From Candidatus Sericytochromatia bacterium (lineage in GTDB: Bacteria; Cyanobacteriota; Sericytochromatia; S15B-MN24; VGJW01): 64,000 bases of DNA. Below, in pieces: positions 1-10,300 of the stretch. The stretch's first letter is position 1; every line of letters begins with the position of its first letter. Position numbers and translations under genes: made by a program. Below the pieces are notes generated by a model that was not told where the DNA came from, made no database searches, and was given only the letters and a program-made list of their open reading frames with translations. The DNA lies in assembly GCA_035285865.1 (NCBI GenBank), contig JAYKHS010000022.1, positions 32,001-96,000 on the forward strand, in the 5' to 3' direction.

Positions 1-119
1 GTGTGGCCACGGAGGCCGCAGGCGAGGCCGCCGTGGCCCGTGCCCGGGATGCTGCGGCCCGGCTCGGGTCCGAAGTGCTGGACTCCCTTGCGTTCGGTGC
101 ATTCCACCGGAGGGTCTGA
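1..119 (+). CDS. 3' end of probable polyprenyl synthetase (IspA/CrtE-like), partial
   Basis: Frame 3 reads ...ARARDAAARLGSEVLDSLAFGAFHRRV* to TGA at 117-119; polyprenyl synthetases commonly precede DUF212 genes; only 38 codons visible. Confidence 0.4.
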   Translation, partial: VATEAAGEAAVARARDAAARLGSEVLDSLAFGAFHRRV

Positions 120-123
120 GACC

Positions 124-558
124 TTGGATCATCTGCCGCTCGTCACGGGCCTCTCGGCGGGCTTCTTCGCCCAGTCGTGGAAGTTCCTGTGGGCGCTCGT
201 GCGCCATCGCCAGCTCGATTTCCGCCTGCTGGTGCGGACTGGTGGTTTCCCTTCGTCCCATACGGCTCTGGTCGTCGGCCTGACCACCACCATCGGCCTG
301 ACCGAGGGCTTCACCTCGCCGTTGTTCGATTGTGCCGTGGTGTTCAGCGCCATCGTGATGTACGACGCAGCCGGCGTCCGGCGCGCTGCAGGTCGACAGG
401 CGGCGGTGCTGAACCGGATCGTGGCCGAGTTCCAGCAGGAGTTGCGTTTCTCGATTCCCAAGCTGCAGGAGCTGCTCGGCCACACGCCTACGGAAGTCCT
501 CGGCGGTGCGGTGGTGGGCATCCTCTGGGCGATCGGCATGCATCGATGGCTGGGATGA
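124..558 (+). CDS. Divergent PAP2 family membrane protein (DUF212)
   Basis: GGFPSSHTA, IVMYDAAGVRRAAG and LGHTPTEV motifs; TTG start at 124 after GGAGG at 109-113. Confidence 0.9.
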   Translation: MDHLPLVTGLSAGFFAQSWKFLWALVRHRQLDFRLLVRTGGFPSSHTALVVGLTTTIGLTEGFTSPLFDCAVVFSAIVMYDAAGVRRAAGRQAAVLNRIVAEFQQELRFSIPKLQELLGHTPTEVLGGAVVGILWAIGMHRWLG

Positions 559-1319
559 AGGGACGCAGTCGGCAGCGTCTCGACCAGCGGGTCGTGGCCG
601 AAGGTCTGTACCCATCGCGTGAGGCTGCCCGCCGGGCCATCATGGCTGGAGAGGTCCGCATCGGTGATGCACCGGCGACGAAGCCGGGCATGTGGGTCCT
701 GGACGACCAGGCCGTCCGCCGGGTCGGTGAGGCCATGCCGTGGGTCTCGCGGGGCGGCTACAAGCTGGATCATGCCCTCGGACTCTGGCCCATCGCCGTG
801 AAGGACCGCGTGGCGGTCGATGTCGGGGCCTCAACCGGCGGTTTCACCGACGTGCTGCTGCAGCGCGGTGCCGCGCAGGTGCACGCCGTAGACGTGGGGT
901 ATGGCCAGTTGGCGTGGAAGTTGCGGCAGGATCCCCGGGTGGTGGTGCACGAACGGACCAATGCCCGCCACCTGACTCCGGCCGATCTGACGGGGGACGG
1001 TCCGCCCGTGACACTGGCCGTGATGGACGTTTCCTTCATCGGCCTCGCCAAGGTGTTGCCTGCCGTACGCACGTGGCTCGAGGCTGCCATGGATGCAGCG
1101 GTTCGGGAGGTCGTGGCTTTGGTGAAGCCTCAATTCGAGGTCGGTCCGGATCGGGTGGGCAGCCGTGGGGTGGTTCGCGAGCAGGCCCACCGCGAAGAGG
1201 CCCTCGAGGCCGTCATTCGCGATGCCGAGGCCTTGGGTTTCGTGCGCAAGGGCGTGACGACGTCGCCCATCACCGGTCCGGAGGGCAATGTGGAGTATCT
1301 GCTGTGGCTGGCCCTCTGA
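555..1319 (+). CDS. tlyA: TlyA family rRNA 2'-O-methyltransferase (S4 + FtsJ domains)
   Basis: RLDQ S4 start, VSRGGYKL, DVGASTGGFTD, DVSFI, LVKPQFE, SPITGPEGNVEYL; ATGA overlap with upstream stop. Confidence 0.95.
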   Translation: MKGRSRQRLDQRVVAEGLYPSREAARRAIMAGEVRIGDAPATKPGMWVLDDQAVRRVGEAMPWVSRGGYKLDHALGLWPIAVKDRVAVDVGASTGGFTDVLLQRGAAQVHAVDVGYGQLAWKLRQDPRVVVHERTNARHLTPADLTGDGPPVTLAVMDVSFIGLAKVLPAVRTWLEAAMDAAVREVVALVKPQFEVGPDRVGSRGVVREQAHREEALEAVIRDAEALGFVRKGVTTSPITGPEGNVEYLLWLAL

Positions 1320-2146
1320 AGCGCCTGGGCGTGCTTGCCCGCGAAGACCATCCGCGGATCGCCGAGATGCGCGAGGTCCTCGCCTGCGGGGGCAGGGCCG
1401 TACGCTGGATCGATCCGGCCGATGTCGCGGCCGTTCGGGAACTCGATCTGCTGATCGTGCTCGGGGGGGACGGTACCCTGCTGAGGGCGGCGCGCCTCGC
1501 AGCCTCGGACGGCATCCCCCTGCTGGGGGTCGACCTCGGCACGCTGGGGTTTCTGGCCGAAGTCGACCCGGACCATCTGCCCGCTGCCCTCGACCGTGTC
1601 GAGGCCGGCCACTACACCCTGGAGGAACGGGTACGCATCGAAGTGCGCCTCTTGCGCGCAGGCGTGCCCGACCGCGTGGCCCATGGGATGAATGACGTCG
1701 TGGTGGACCGCGGGGCCTCGGGCAGGATGCTCGAGGTGAGCGTCTCCCTGGGCGACGAGGAGGTGGCGACCCACGCGGCGGACGGCTTCATCGTCGCGAC
1801 GCCTACCGGCAGCACCGCCTACGCGCTGGCGGCCGGCGGGCCCGTGCTGGGACCCGAGGTCCCGGCCATGGTGCTGGTGCCCATCTGCGCCCATGCCCTG
1901 ACGGCCCGCCCCCTCGTGGTCTCGGATGCCGGCGTCATCCGCATGTCCGTGCGGCCGCGGACTCCGGGGGCGGGTCTCTTCGTCGATGGTGTCCCGCTGG
2001 TCGAAGACCTGGGTGAAGGTGACGTCATCGAGGTGCGCAAGGCGGCCGTACCCGTTCGCCTCGTGCGTCTCGGCGTCGCCACCTTCTACCCTCGGCTGCG
2101 GGCCAAGCTCCAGTGGTCGCTGCGGGGTGTCAACGGGGCTCGATGA
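1304..2146 (+). CDS. nadK: NAD(+) kinase
   Basis: LGGDGTLL, GTLGFL, ND motif, DGFIVATPTGSTAYALAAGGP; GTG start after GGAG. Confidence 0.95.
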   Translation: MAGPLKRLGVLAREDHPRIAEMREVLACGGRAVRWIDPADVAAVRELDLLIVLGGDGTLLRAARLAASDGIPLLGVDLGTLGFLAEVDPDHLPAALDRVEAGHYTLEERVRIEVRLLRAGVPDRVAHGMNDVVVDRGASGRMLEVSVSLGDEEVATHAADGFIVATPTGSTAYALAAGGPVLGPEVPAMVLVPICAHALTARPLVVSDAGVIRMSVRPRTPGAGLFVDGVPLVEDLGEGDVIEVRKAAVPVRLVRLGVATFYPRLRAKLQWSLRGVNGAR

Positions 2147-2423
2147 TGAAGCGGATGGCTGTCCGCTCTTCGCCCTGGACCTGGATGTCGAGGAACGCCG
2201 GGATCGTCACGAGGTCAATTCCGCCGGGTGCCACGTAGCCCCGCGCGATGCCGATGGCCTTGACCGTCTGGTTGACGGCCCCGGCCCCGATGGCCTGGAC
2301 CTCGCATCGGCCTGCTTCACGAACCATCCCGGCGATGGCACCTGCCACGGAGGAGGGATTGCTCTTTGACGCCACCTTGAGCAGCGTGGTCCCATCTTGG
2401 CGACTGGTCTTGGGGGACAGCAT
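2130..2423 (-). CDS. spoVS: Stage V sporulation protein S (SpoVS) family nucleic-acid-binding protein
   Basis: LKVASKSNPSSVAGAIAG...QAIGAGAVNQTVKAIGIARGY...PAF...ERTAIRF; GAGGAG SD before ATG 2423. Confidence 0.93.
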   Translation of the reverse strand: MLSPKTSRQDGTTLLKVASKSNPSSVAGAIAGMVREAGRCEVQAIGAGAVNQTVKAIGIARGYVAPGGIDLVTIPAFLDIQVQGEERTAIRFIIEPR

Positions 2424-2540
2424 CTCGGACTCCTCGGTGCTGGGGTGGGGGAAGGGCGCGGTGCCCACCGCCCTGAAGGCAGTCTAGGGCGACCCCTGGC
2501 GGGGGTCATCGTGCGTGACGGCCACCGGGGAGGGTATGGG

Positions 2541-3995
2541 ATGCAACACGGTCGATCCCGATGGGTGCTTTTGCCGCTCGATGAGCGCCCCTGCACCCGG
2601 GATCTGCCGGCGGCCATCGGCCGGGCGGGTGGGCTTGACCTGCAGTTGCCGCCGCCGGGCCTGCTCGGTGATCTTGAGCGACCCGCCGACCCCGATCGGG
2701 TCTGGGCTTGGCTGGAGGCCGCATGTGCAGAGGCCGACGGGGCCATCGTGGCCCTCGATACGCTGGTGCACGGCGGTCTCGTGCCCGCACGCCGCAGCTT
2801 CGAGGACACGGGCGTTCTTCTGGGGCGCCTCGACCGCTTGCGCCAGTTGGGCTGCCGCCTGCTCGGGTTTGCCGTCACGATGCGGATTCCCGACTCGACG
2901 GTTGCGGATGAGGAGCCGGCGTGGTGGGCGGACCACGGGCCGATGGTCCATCGCTGGAGCGTGGCCACCGACCGCCACGCCGTGACGGACGATCCGCAGG
3001 CGCAGGAGGAGGCACGTGCGGCGCGCGCGGCCATTCCCGATGCTCTGGCCGATGAGTTCCTGGCGCGGCGGGCGCGCAACTTTTCCGTGCACCAGGCCAG
3101 CCTGGACCTGGTCAGGGATGGTGTGCTCGATTGCCTGTGTCTGACGCAGGACGATTGCACGCCCTTCGGATTCAACCAGGCCGAGAAGCGTCGCCTCGAG
3201 GCCGAGGCGCCGCCGGGTGTCCTGATCTACCCGGGAGCCGACGAGGTGGCCTCGGTGCTTGTGGGCCGGGTGTTGCTGGCCGGGGCCTCGCCGGGCCTGG
3301 CCATCGAGGCCTGGCCGGAAGAGGGAGGAAACCTCGTGGCCATGTACGAGGATCGACCGCTCGTCGCGACGGCTGCCGGGCAGATTCGCGCCCTCGGGGG
3401 CCGCGTCGTCTCATCGGACGAAGCCGAGGCCACGCTGGTCCTGAATGCGCCGGCCGTGGCGCAGGGCGACCTGGCTCTGGGGCTCTTTCTTGATCAGGTC
3501 GACGCCCGCCCGCGCCCCCTGGAATCCTTGCGGGATCGGCTTGCCCGGCCGTCTGGCCCGCTGATTCTGGCGGATGTGGCCTATGCCAACGGCGGGGACC
3601 CCGCACTCTGGAGGACCGACGGATCGGGGCCCGGCTTCGACCCGATGGGACTTGCCGGCCTTGCGGCGTGGAATACGGCCGGCAACACGATCGGGACGGC
3701 GCTCGCCATGTGGTCGGCCAATCGGACGGGACCGGCAGACCCTGAAGCCTGGGCACGGCTCGTTTCGGAGCGTGTCGCGGACGACGTGCTGTACCAAGGC
3801 TGGGCACGGCAGCACTGGAAGGCCGAGAGCCTCTCGCTCGCGCAGGCCTGCCAGCGGTTTGCAACGGAGTTTCGGGCCCGGTTCATCCGCGCGTTTCCCG
3901 AATTGCGCTGGCGCCCCGTTTCCGGGGGGTTTCCGTGGCGTCGCTGGTTCGAGGCCGAGGTGGTCGTTGCGCCGGAGGAACCCCTCCGGGCCTGA
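2541..3995 (+). CDS. DUF4127 family protein
   Basis: LLPLDERP, LDTLVHGGLVPAR, QDD, YPGADE, ADVAYANGGD, AAWNTAGNTIG motifs. Confidence 0.8.
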   Translation: MQHGRSRWVLLPLDERPCTRDLPAAIGRAGGLDLQLPPPGLLGDLERPADPDRVWAWLEAACAEADGAIVALDTLVHGGLVPARRSFEDTGVLLGRLDRLRQLGCRLLGFAVTMRIPDSTVADEEPAWWADHGPMVHRWSVATDRHAVTDDPQAQEEARAARAAIPDALADEFLARRARNFSVHQASLDLVRDGVLDCLCLTQDDCTPFGFNQAEKRRLEAEAPPGVLIYPGADEVASVLVGRVLLAGASPGLAIEAWPEEGGNLVAMYEDRPLVATAAGQIRALGGRVVSSDEAEATLVLNAPAVAQGDLALGLFLDQVDARPRPLESLRDRLARPSGPLILADVAYANGGDPALWRTDGSGPGFDPMGLAGLAAWNTAGNTIGTALAMWSANRTGPADPEAWARLVSERVADDVLYQGWARQHWKAESLSLAQACQRFATEFRARFIRAFPELRWRPVSGGFPWRRWFEAEVVVAPEEPLRA

Positions 3996-4058
3996 TCGGT
4001 GGCATCTTCTCGGCCGTCATGCTTGCATGGAGGCCTTCAGGAGGACCGGCAACACACC

Positions 4059-4508
4059 ATGGAACGCACATTCATCGCAGTCAAGCCCGATGGGGTCCAG
4101 CGCGGACTCGTGGGGCAGATCATCGCTCGCTTCGAACAGAAGGGCTACCAGCTGGTGGGCCTGAAGCAGATGCAAGTCACCCGCGAAATGGCCGAACAGC
4201 ATTACGGCGAGCATCGCGAGCGTCCCTTCTTCAAGGGGCTCGTGGACTTCATCACCAGCGGGCCCATCGTGGCCATGGCCTGGCAGGGCACGGGTGTCGT
4301 CGCGACGGCCCGCCTGATGATGGGCAAGACCAACCCGCGCGAGGCTGATCCCGGCACGATCCGTGGGGACTTCGCCGTGGACATCGGTCGTAACGTGGTG
4401 CACGGATCGGACTCGCCCGAGAATGCCGTCCGCGAACTGGGCATTTTCTTCGCCCCCGGTGAACTGCTTGATTGGAACCGTACGCTCGACACCCACTTGA
4501 TGGAGTAG
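4059..4508 (+). CDS. ndk: Nucleoside diphosphate kinase
   Basis: [35 protein letters not shown]. Confidence 0.98.
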   Translation: MERTFIAVKPDGVQRGLVGQIIARFEQKGYQLVGLKQMQVTREMAEQHYGEHRERPFFKGLVDFITSGPIVAMAWQGTGVVATARLMMGKTNPREADPGTIRGDFAVDIGRNVVHGSDSPENAVRELGIFFAPGELLDWNRTLDTHLME

Positions 4509-4518
4509 GGCGTGGACG

Positions 4519-4555
4519 CGGGCCGGTTGTCCCTCCTGTGCGGGACGCCGGCCCG
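4519..4555. terminator. GC-rich hairpin between convergent ndk and response regulator
   Basis: cgggccgg-ttgtccc...gggac-gccggcccg inverted repeat; no clear U-tract. Confidence 0.5.
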
Positions 4556-4563
4556 TGGCGTGC

Positions 4564-4980
4564 CTAGGCTTGCAGCAGCGTGTCCAGGGATTCCAGAATG
4601 GCCTGTCGCGACACGGGCTTGGTCAGGAACCGCACGCGGGGGTCGTTCCAGACCGGCAGATCCTCATCCGCCATGGCTGTCACGACCAGAATCGGCGTGT
4701 CGGTGAGCGCCTGATTCTCTCGGATCCGTTCGTAGATGAAGCTCCCGTGGAGTCCGGGCATCAACAGGTCCAACAGGACGGCATCCGGACGGGGGTCTTC
4801 ACCAAGGGCCAGCAGGGCATGCTCCGGACGGCGCTCCCACCGTACGGCAAAGTCCTGGTCCTGCAAGGCACGGCCCAGCCAGATACCGGTATCGACGTGG
4901 TCTTCGATCACGAGGATGTTGGCACGCGTGCCGGTCTGGTTTTCTCGCCCCACATAGGCACAGGCTTCGAATAAGGTCAT
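4564..4980 (-). CDS. Single-domain (CheY-like) response regulator
   Basis: ILVIEDH, PDAVLLDLLMPGLHG, VVTA, FLTKP receiver motifs; start uncertain. Confidence 0.85.
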   Translation of the reverse strand: MTLFEACAYVGRENQTGTRANILVIEDHVDTGIWLGRALQDQDFAVRWERRPEHALLALGEDPRPDAVLLDLLMPGLHGSFIYERIRENQALTDTPILVVTAMADEDLPVWNDPRVRFLTKPVSRQAILESLDTLLQA

Positions 4981-5056
4981 GGACAAGCGGCCCCGAATGT
5001 TGTCGTGGCATCATGATACACGACAGGTTCGGTCGTCGGAATCCCGAGTCGGAACT

Positions 5057-5908
5057 TCAGCGAATCTTCAGGCGAGACTTGACGGCCTTGCAGACGTCGA
5101 CGACCTCGTCCGGCACCACCTGCCCGCAGAGCAGCAGCCTCAGGCTATCCTCCTCGACGTCCGCCTCCACGGCGAGCGTCCGGAGATCCATCTTGCGACG
5201 GCCCATGGCGGCGTAGAGCTTCGGCACGAAGGGATCGAGACGCTCCTCGGGCGGGAACATCCCGAGCAGACTGTCGGAGAGCTGGGATGCCGGGGTGTCG
5301 GCAGCCTTCATGTAGCCGCGTGCCACCAGCATCTTGCTGACCAGCATGTTCAGGAAGACATGCTCGATGGCCTGGGGATTGCGCTCGGCCCAGTCGATGA
5401 CGGGGGCCAGGTATTCCCCGAAGGTCTCGGGTGCCAACTGCAGGGCTGCGGCAATCTTCTCGATGACTTCGGGATTTCGGGGGAACGGCACGTCTCCGCG
5501 CAGGATCTCGTACATGTAGGTGCGGCTGATGTCGACCTTGCCGGCGAAGTCCTGGCGGATCAGGCCCAGCTCTTGCATCCGGGCCCAGACCTTGCGTGTC
5601 GAATCCGGAAGGATGGCCACCAACTGCCGATACTCGTCGAACATCATGGGGTCGATCTGGGCCACTTCGGCGAAGCGCTCGAGCGTCTCACGCACCGTGG
5701 GAAACTTGACCTTGCTGTTGAAGATGCGCGAGACATACTCGTACGACAAGCCTGTCGCCTGGACGAACTGCTTGCGGCTGACACCAGCGTGCAGCAGGCT
5801 GGTCTTCAGGATCTGCACCGAAGGACTCGGCGGACGGGTTGCACCCAAGGCCGTGCCCCCGCGGAAAGCACCGCGGATGAGTGCGGCGCGGGATTGCTGC
5901 GAAGGCAT
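5057..5908 (-). CDS. Multi-XRE/Cro-type helix-turn-helix protein
   Basis: Two clear internal repeats (GVSRKQF..ATGLSYEYVSRIF..KFP...FAEV...F.EY and GLIRQDF..KVDISRTYMYEIL..FP...IAAAL...F.EY) plus a third HTH-like segment (KMDLRTLAVEADVEEDSLRLLL). Confidence 0.7.
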   Translation of the reverse strand: MPSQQSRAALIRGAFRGGTALGATRPPSPSVQILKTSLLHAGVSRKQFVQATGLSYEYVSRIFNSKVKFPTVRETLERFAEVAQIDPMMFDEYRQLVAILPDSTRKVWARMQELGLIRQDFAGKVDISRTYMYEILRGDVPFPRNPEVIEKIAAALQLAPETFGEYLAPVIDWAERNPQAIEHVFLNMLVSKMLVARGYMKAADTPASQLSDSLLGMFPPEERLDPFVPKLYAAMGRRKMDLRTLAVEADVEEDSLRLLLCGQVVPDEVVDVCKAVKSRLKIR

Positions 5909-6143
5909 GGCGGTACTCCGGATTCGAGGGGGTGCTGAGAACGGGTCGAGAGTCCCTCATTCCCTTTATCGCAAGCCCTCGCGGGCATGTCAAGACTTTA
6001 GGACACCCTATCATCGGGTGTGCAAAATGGTCGTCATTGGGTCAATACTGCAGCATGGCAGATGGGTCTCAAGTCGCACGGGCCCAGGTAAACAAGCCCC
6101 TTCGGCCGGAATGGACGAGGGGGCTTGCATCAGGTCGCGGTAT

Positions 6144-6554
6144 TCAGGTGGCACCTTGGGCGCGGATCTGGCTTTCGAGGGCGCGAATGCGTCGCGTGAA
6201 CTCGCGCATCAGGCGCAGGGCGAAGTCCGGGCGCTCCGAGAGGACCTGCCCGAAGTTGGCTTCGTCCAGCACAAGCAGGACCGTGTCGCTGGTGGCCACG
6301 GCGCAGGTCGAGCGAGGTTGTCCGTCGAGCAGCGCCATCTCACCGAAGAAGTCCGCCTCCTTCAGGTGGGCGATGGTCTGGGTCGTCTCGCCGAAGAGCA
6401 CGTCGCTGCCCTGCCGTACCTTCCGGCCCACGACCCTGTACAGCAGCATCGAGCCCTTCAGGATGACGAACATCTCGCGCCCGGTGTCGCCCTCCATGAA
6501 GAGGACATTGCCGGACTTCAGGCGTCGTGTGTGTGCGCCGGCTCCCTGAGTCAT
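6144..6554 (-). CDS. Stand-alone cyclic nucleotide-binding domain protein
   Basis: LFMEGDTG, FVILKG, FFGEMALLDGQPRSTCAVA phosphate-binding cassette. Confidence 0.9.
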   Translation of the reverse strand: MTQGAGAHTRRLKSGNVLFMEGDTGREMFVILKGSMLLYRVVGRKVRQGSDVLFGETTQTIAHLKEADFFGEMALLDGQPRSTCAVATSDTVLLVLDEANFGQVLSERPDFALRLMREFTRRIRALESQIRAQGAT

Positions 6555-6557
6555 GCG

Positions 6558-7247
6558 TCAGGTCCCGAGACGATAGCCGAAACCGCGGACCGTCTGGATG
6601 AACTTGGGGCTCGAGGGATCCTTCTCGATCTTCTCGCGCAGCCAGCGGATGTGGACGTCGACGGTCTTGGTGTCGCCGTAGAAGTCGAGGCCCCAGACCT
6701 GTTCGAGCAGCTCCTCGCGCGAGAACACCCTGCCGGGGGTGCCCATGAGCATGGCCAGGATCTTGAACTCCTTGGGGGACAGTTCGACTTCGCGGTTGCC
6801 GACGAGCACACGGTGCTCCGACAGGTTGATGAGCAGTTCCCCGTGCTGGAAGATCTTGGACTTGTTCTCGGGCTCGGCGGGCTTGCTGCGGCGCAGCAGG
6901 GCCTTGATGCGGGCGACCAGTTCGCGAAGCGAGAAGGGCTTGATGAGGTAGTCATCCGCACCTACTTCGAGACCGATGACGCGGTCGATTTCCTCGCCCT
7001 TGGCCGTGAGCATGATGATGGGAATGTCGTTCTGCTCGCGTCGCAGCAGGCGGCAGACCTCGAGGCCCGACAACTTGGGCAGCATCAGATCCAGCACGAT
7101 GAGGTTGGGCTTGGCCGTCTGGACCTGCTGGATGGCTTCCTGGCCATCCATCGCCTTGACCACCTCGTAGCCTTCCTGAGTGAGGGCGAATTCAATCGAC
7201 TCGAGGATCATTTCCTCGTCGTCGACGAGCAGGACCTTCTCTGCCAC
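6558..7247 (-). CDS. OmpR/PhoB-family DNA-binding response regulator (PhoP/SphR/WalR-like)
   Basis: VLLVDDE, LDLMLP, GADDYLIKPF, KTVDVHIRWLREKIE, TVRGFGYR. Confidence 0.95.
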   Translation of the reverse strand: MAEKVLLVDDEEMILESIEFALTQEGYEVVKAMDGQEAIQQVQTAKPNLIVLDLMLPKLSGLEVCRLLRREQNDIPIIMLTAKGEEIDRVIGLEVGADDYLIKPFSLRELVARIKALLRRSKPAEPENKSKIFQHGELLINLSEHRVLVGNREVELSPKEFKILAMLMGTPGRVFSREELLEQVWGLDFYGDTKTVDVHIRWLREKIEKDPSSPKFIQTVRGFGYRLGT

Positions 7248-7353
7248 GGGAGACTCCTTGCGAATGGGGTGGACGAGGGCGGGTGCGGATGGTTAAGGCC
7301 GTGACCGCCGCAATCATACCCCAACAGGGGCGGTTCCTTAACCTGTGCCGGGT

Positions 7354-10300
7354 TCAGAACCTGCCACGCCAGCGCAACTGAAGGCTGAGGATGAACTCGG
7401 TGCTGCTGTTGGCGCCGAGATCCGGGTTCAACCACTGCCGGACATCCGTCTGGATGGCCGGAACACCCACCCCCGTCAGGGTGGCCAAGCGGTCGGCCTG
7501 TTCGATCTGGGTGGTCAGGGCAAGATTCTGCGAGAGCTGCATGTTGAGGCCCGCACGCCACAGGTCGACGTTGTTCTGGGCGCCCAGGGTCTGGTTGCCT
7601 CGCCGGAACACGTACCGGCCCGAGCCGGACACGGGCCCCAAGGTGATGGTCTCCCCGGAGAGCGCCATGTTGAAGCCTCCCAGGAAGCCCTGGTTGGGAT
7701 CGAGTCCGGTTGTGGTGCGGGCGTTGTTCACGATGTCGAAGGACAGGTCCGACAGCAGCAGGTTGCGCGTCAATGGGTCCACCAGCGGCTGCACGATTCG
7801 GTTGAGCGCGAAGTTGACGAGGCCGGGTGCGAATTCCCGGGCAAGGTCGGTGCTGGCGGAGGCCACGTTGCCTTGCGCCAGGATGAACAGATTGCTGACG
7901 AGCTGGGGCTTGCCGACCATGCGCTCCAGCTCCTGTTGCGTGTAGCCGGGCGGGTCGCTGGTGAAGCGGTTGTTCAGGGATGCGAGCGTGCCGTCGATCG
8001 TCGCCGTCACCTTGACCACCTGACCTGTCGTTCCGTCGGCGGCTGTCCGCAGACCTTCCGAATCCCGCACGTTGCCGGTGGCCACGACCCGCACCTGCGT
8101 GCCGGCAAGCAACTGTTTCATGGTGGGCTTAGGGCCCCTCAGGTTGGCGAGGTCCGTGCGTCCGGAGCCCACGAACTCGACCGTGCCTTCCGTGACGCGG
8201 AAGTCGTTGGTGTAGAAGGTCGTGACCTTGCTGCCGACCGGAACGACGGTGATCTGTCCCTTGGGGTCCGGCAGGTCCAGCAACCCCTCGACAATCAGGT
8301 TGCCGGCCACGCGGACGTCCATCAGGTTCGGCTGGAAGACGCGCATGGTGTCCTTCAGCGTCACGACCAGGCGATCCAGCACCACAGGGGTCGCGGGGTC
8401 GTCTTCATCATCCTCCGGTGGGTCGACGCCCAGGTCGAGCGTGCCGCTGGAGACCGCGACCTGACCGGCAATGCGCGGCTTCTTCAGGGTGCCACCCACG
8501 CGCAGGGCGGCATCCACTTGCCCGTCGTACAGGCCGCTCTTCAGTGCCACGCGTGCGCCGCGGACCTGGGCGGCCAGGTCGAGGCCGTCCAGCGTGAACT
8601 GCTTCATGGTCACGAAGCCCGTGGCCGCGACGCGTCCTCCTCCGAGCAGCCCTTCGGCCCGCGTAACCTTGATGATGCCGTCGCCGATCACGGCCCGGAC
8701 GTCCACGTCCGTGAGCGGTTGCATCAGAGTGCGGATGCCGAGGCGCGCGCGGGAGAGTTCCAGGACTCCGGCGAGGCGGGGGGCCGCTCGAGTCCCGAGG
8801 ATGCGCATGCGCAGATAGCCGTCGCCGCCCTGCCACTCGACCAGGCCCTTGGTCAGCGTCGAGACGATGCCGAGGCTGGGGCCCTCGACGCCGAGCGACA
8901 GCGCCATGGGTTCCTCGGTCAGCTCGGCTCCGATCGGGATCACCCCGTATAGCCGCGTGCGACGGTCCCCGGCGATGATCGTGGCGTCGTCCAGGTTCAG
9001 GCGGCCGCCCTCGTACCGGCCGCTGACCCGAGCTTCGTCGTATTTCAGGACATCCAGCGTGCCGCCCGTCGCCCGGGCCTCGAATACCAGGGCCGGATCC
9101 GCCGGCACGCCGAGCAGCCTGATCCGCGCGCCTGCCTTGCCCGTGACCGTCAGGTTCCTGCTGCGCAGCCAAGGGTCGGCCCAGGCCAGGTCGAGCCCCG
9201 CCAAGTCGAAGATGATCCCCTCGCCGCCGAGCTGGCCCTCGCCCCGGATGTTCAGGCCGTTGTCGGCCACGAGGTCAAGGCCGTGGAGCTCGATCCGGTC
9301 CCGTGAGCCCGAAGCCTGGCAAGGGCCCAGGACCAGCGGATGATCATAGACTGAGAGGCTGGTTCCGGCGAGATCCATGGACCACGCGGGATGCCGGCCA
9401 TCGCCCCCGATGTGCAGGCGACCCGTCAGACGACCCCGGACTTCTTCCCAGATGGGATGGCTGCCCAGTACCGTGCGTGGATCGGGCGGGTCAGGGACGC
9501 GGTGGTTGCGCAGCCAGTGGCCATAGGCCTCGAGCCACGGTTCAAGCTCGGTACGGCTGGTCGGGGCTCGCTCCGGCAGGTTGACCCAGGGTCGGGTTCG
9601 TGTGCGGGCGGCTCCCTGACCCAGCGTATCGGCGAGAATCGTGCCTTCCAGGACGCGGTCCCAGTGGACCGCCGCGAGCAGCGGCTGCAAGTCCACGTCC
9701 GCGACCGGGATGTCGAGGTCATGGCGGCCCCCCGGCTGCAGCGCCCAAGTACCCGAGAAGTTCAGGGTCTGCCCGCCCGCCGTCACGTGCGCCTCGGGCA
9801 GCCAGAGCGATTCGGGCGAGACGATGAGCTGTCCGTCGGCCTGCTCGACCTGTCCCCATTCCGAGGCATCGATGGCTTGGGCGCGCAGACGCGTGGCCAC
9901 GCGCCATCGCGGGCCCTCGGCATCGATCGTCGCGAAGGGCAGATCGATTCGGCCGCTCACGGAACCGGCCTTCGGGGCGACCTGTCGTATGGGCCGACCG
10001 AGGGCGGCAAGGTCGATGCCTTCGGCCAGGAGTTCGAGATGAAGCCGCGACGGACGCCCGGCATCGGGTAGATGCACGATGCCGCTGCCACGGATCTCGC
10101 CGCTGCCGTCCCGGTCCCCGATCATCGCCCTTATCTCGGGGAGTGCCAGGGTCTGCCCGTGGAGCACCATCCGTCCCTCGGCCTTGGGCATCGGCCACCC
10201 CTCGGCCCGGGTCTCGCGCAGGCGAACCTTGCCTTGGCCTCGCCAGCCTTCGGGGCGATCCAGCGGGATGTCGACGAGACCTTCGCCCGTGAGGACACCC

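Noticed and set aside
2130..2423. spoVS as evidence of sporulation
   Set aside because: SpoVS also occurs in non-sporulating phyla, and no other sporulation genes are in the window
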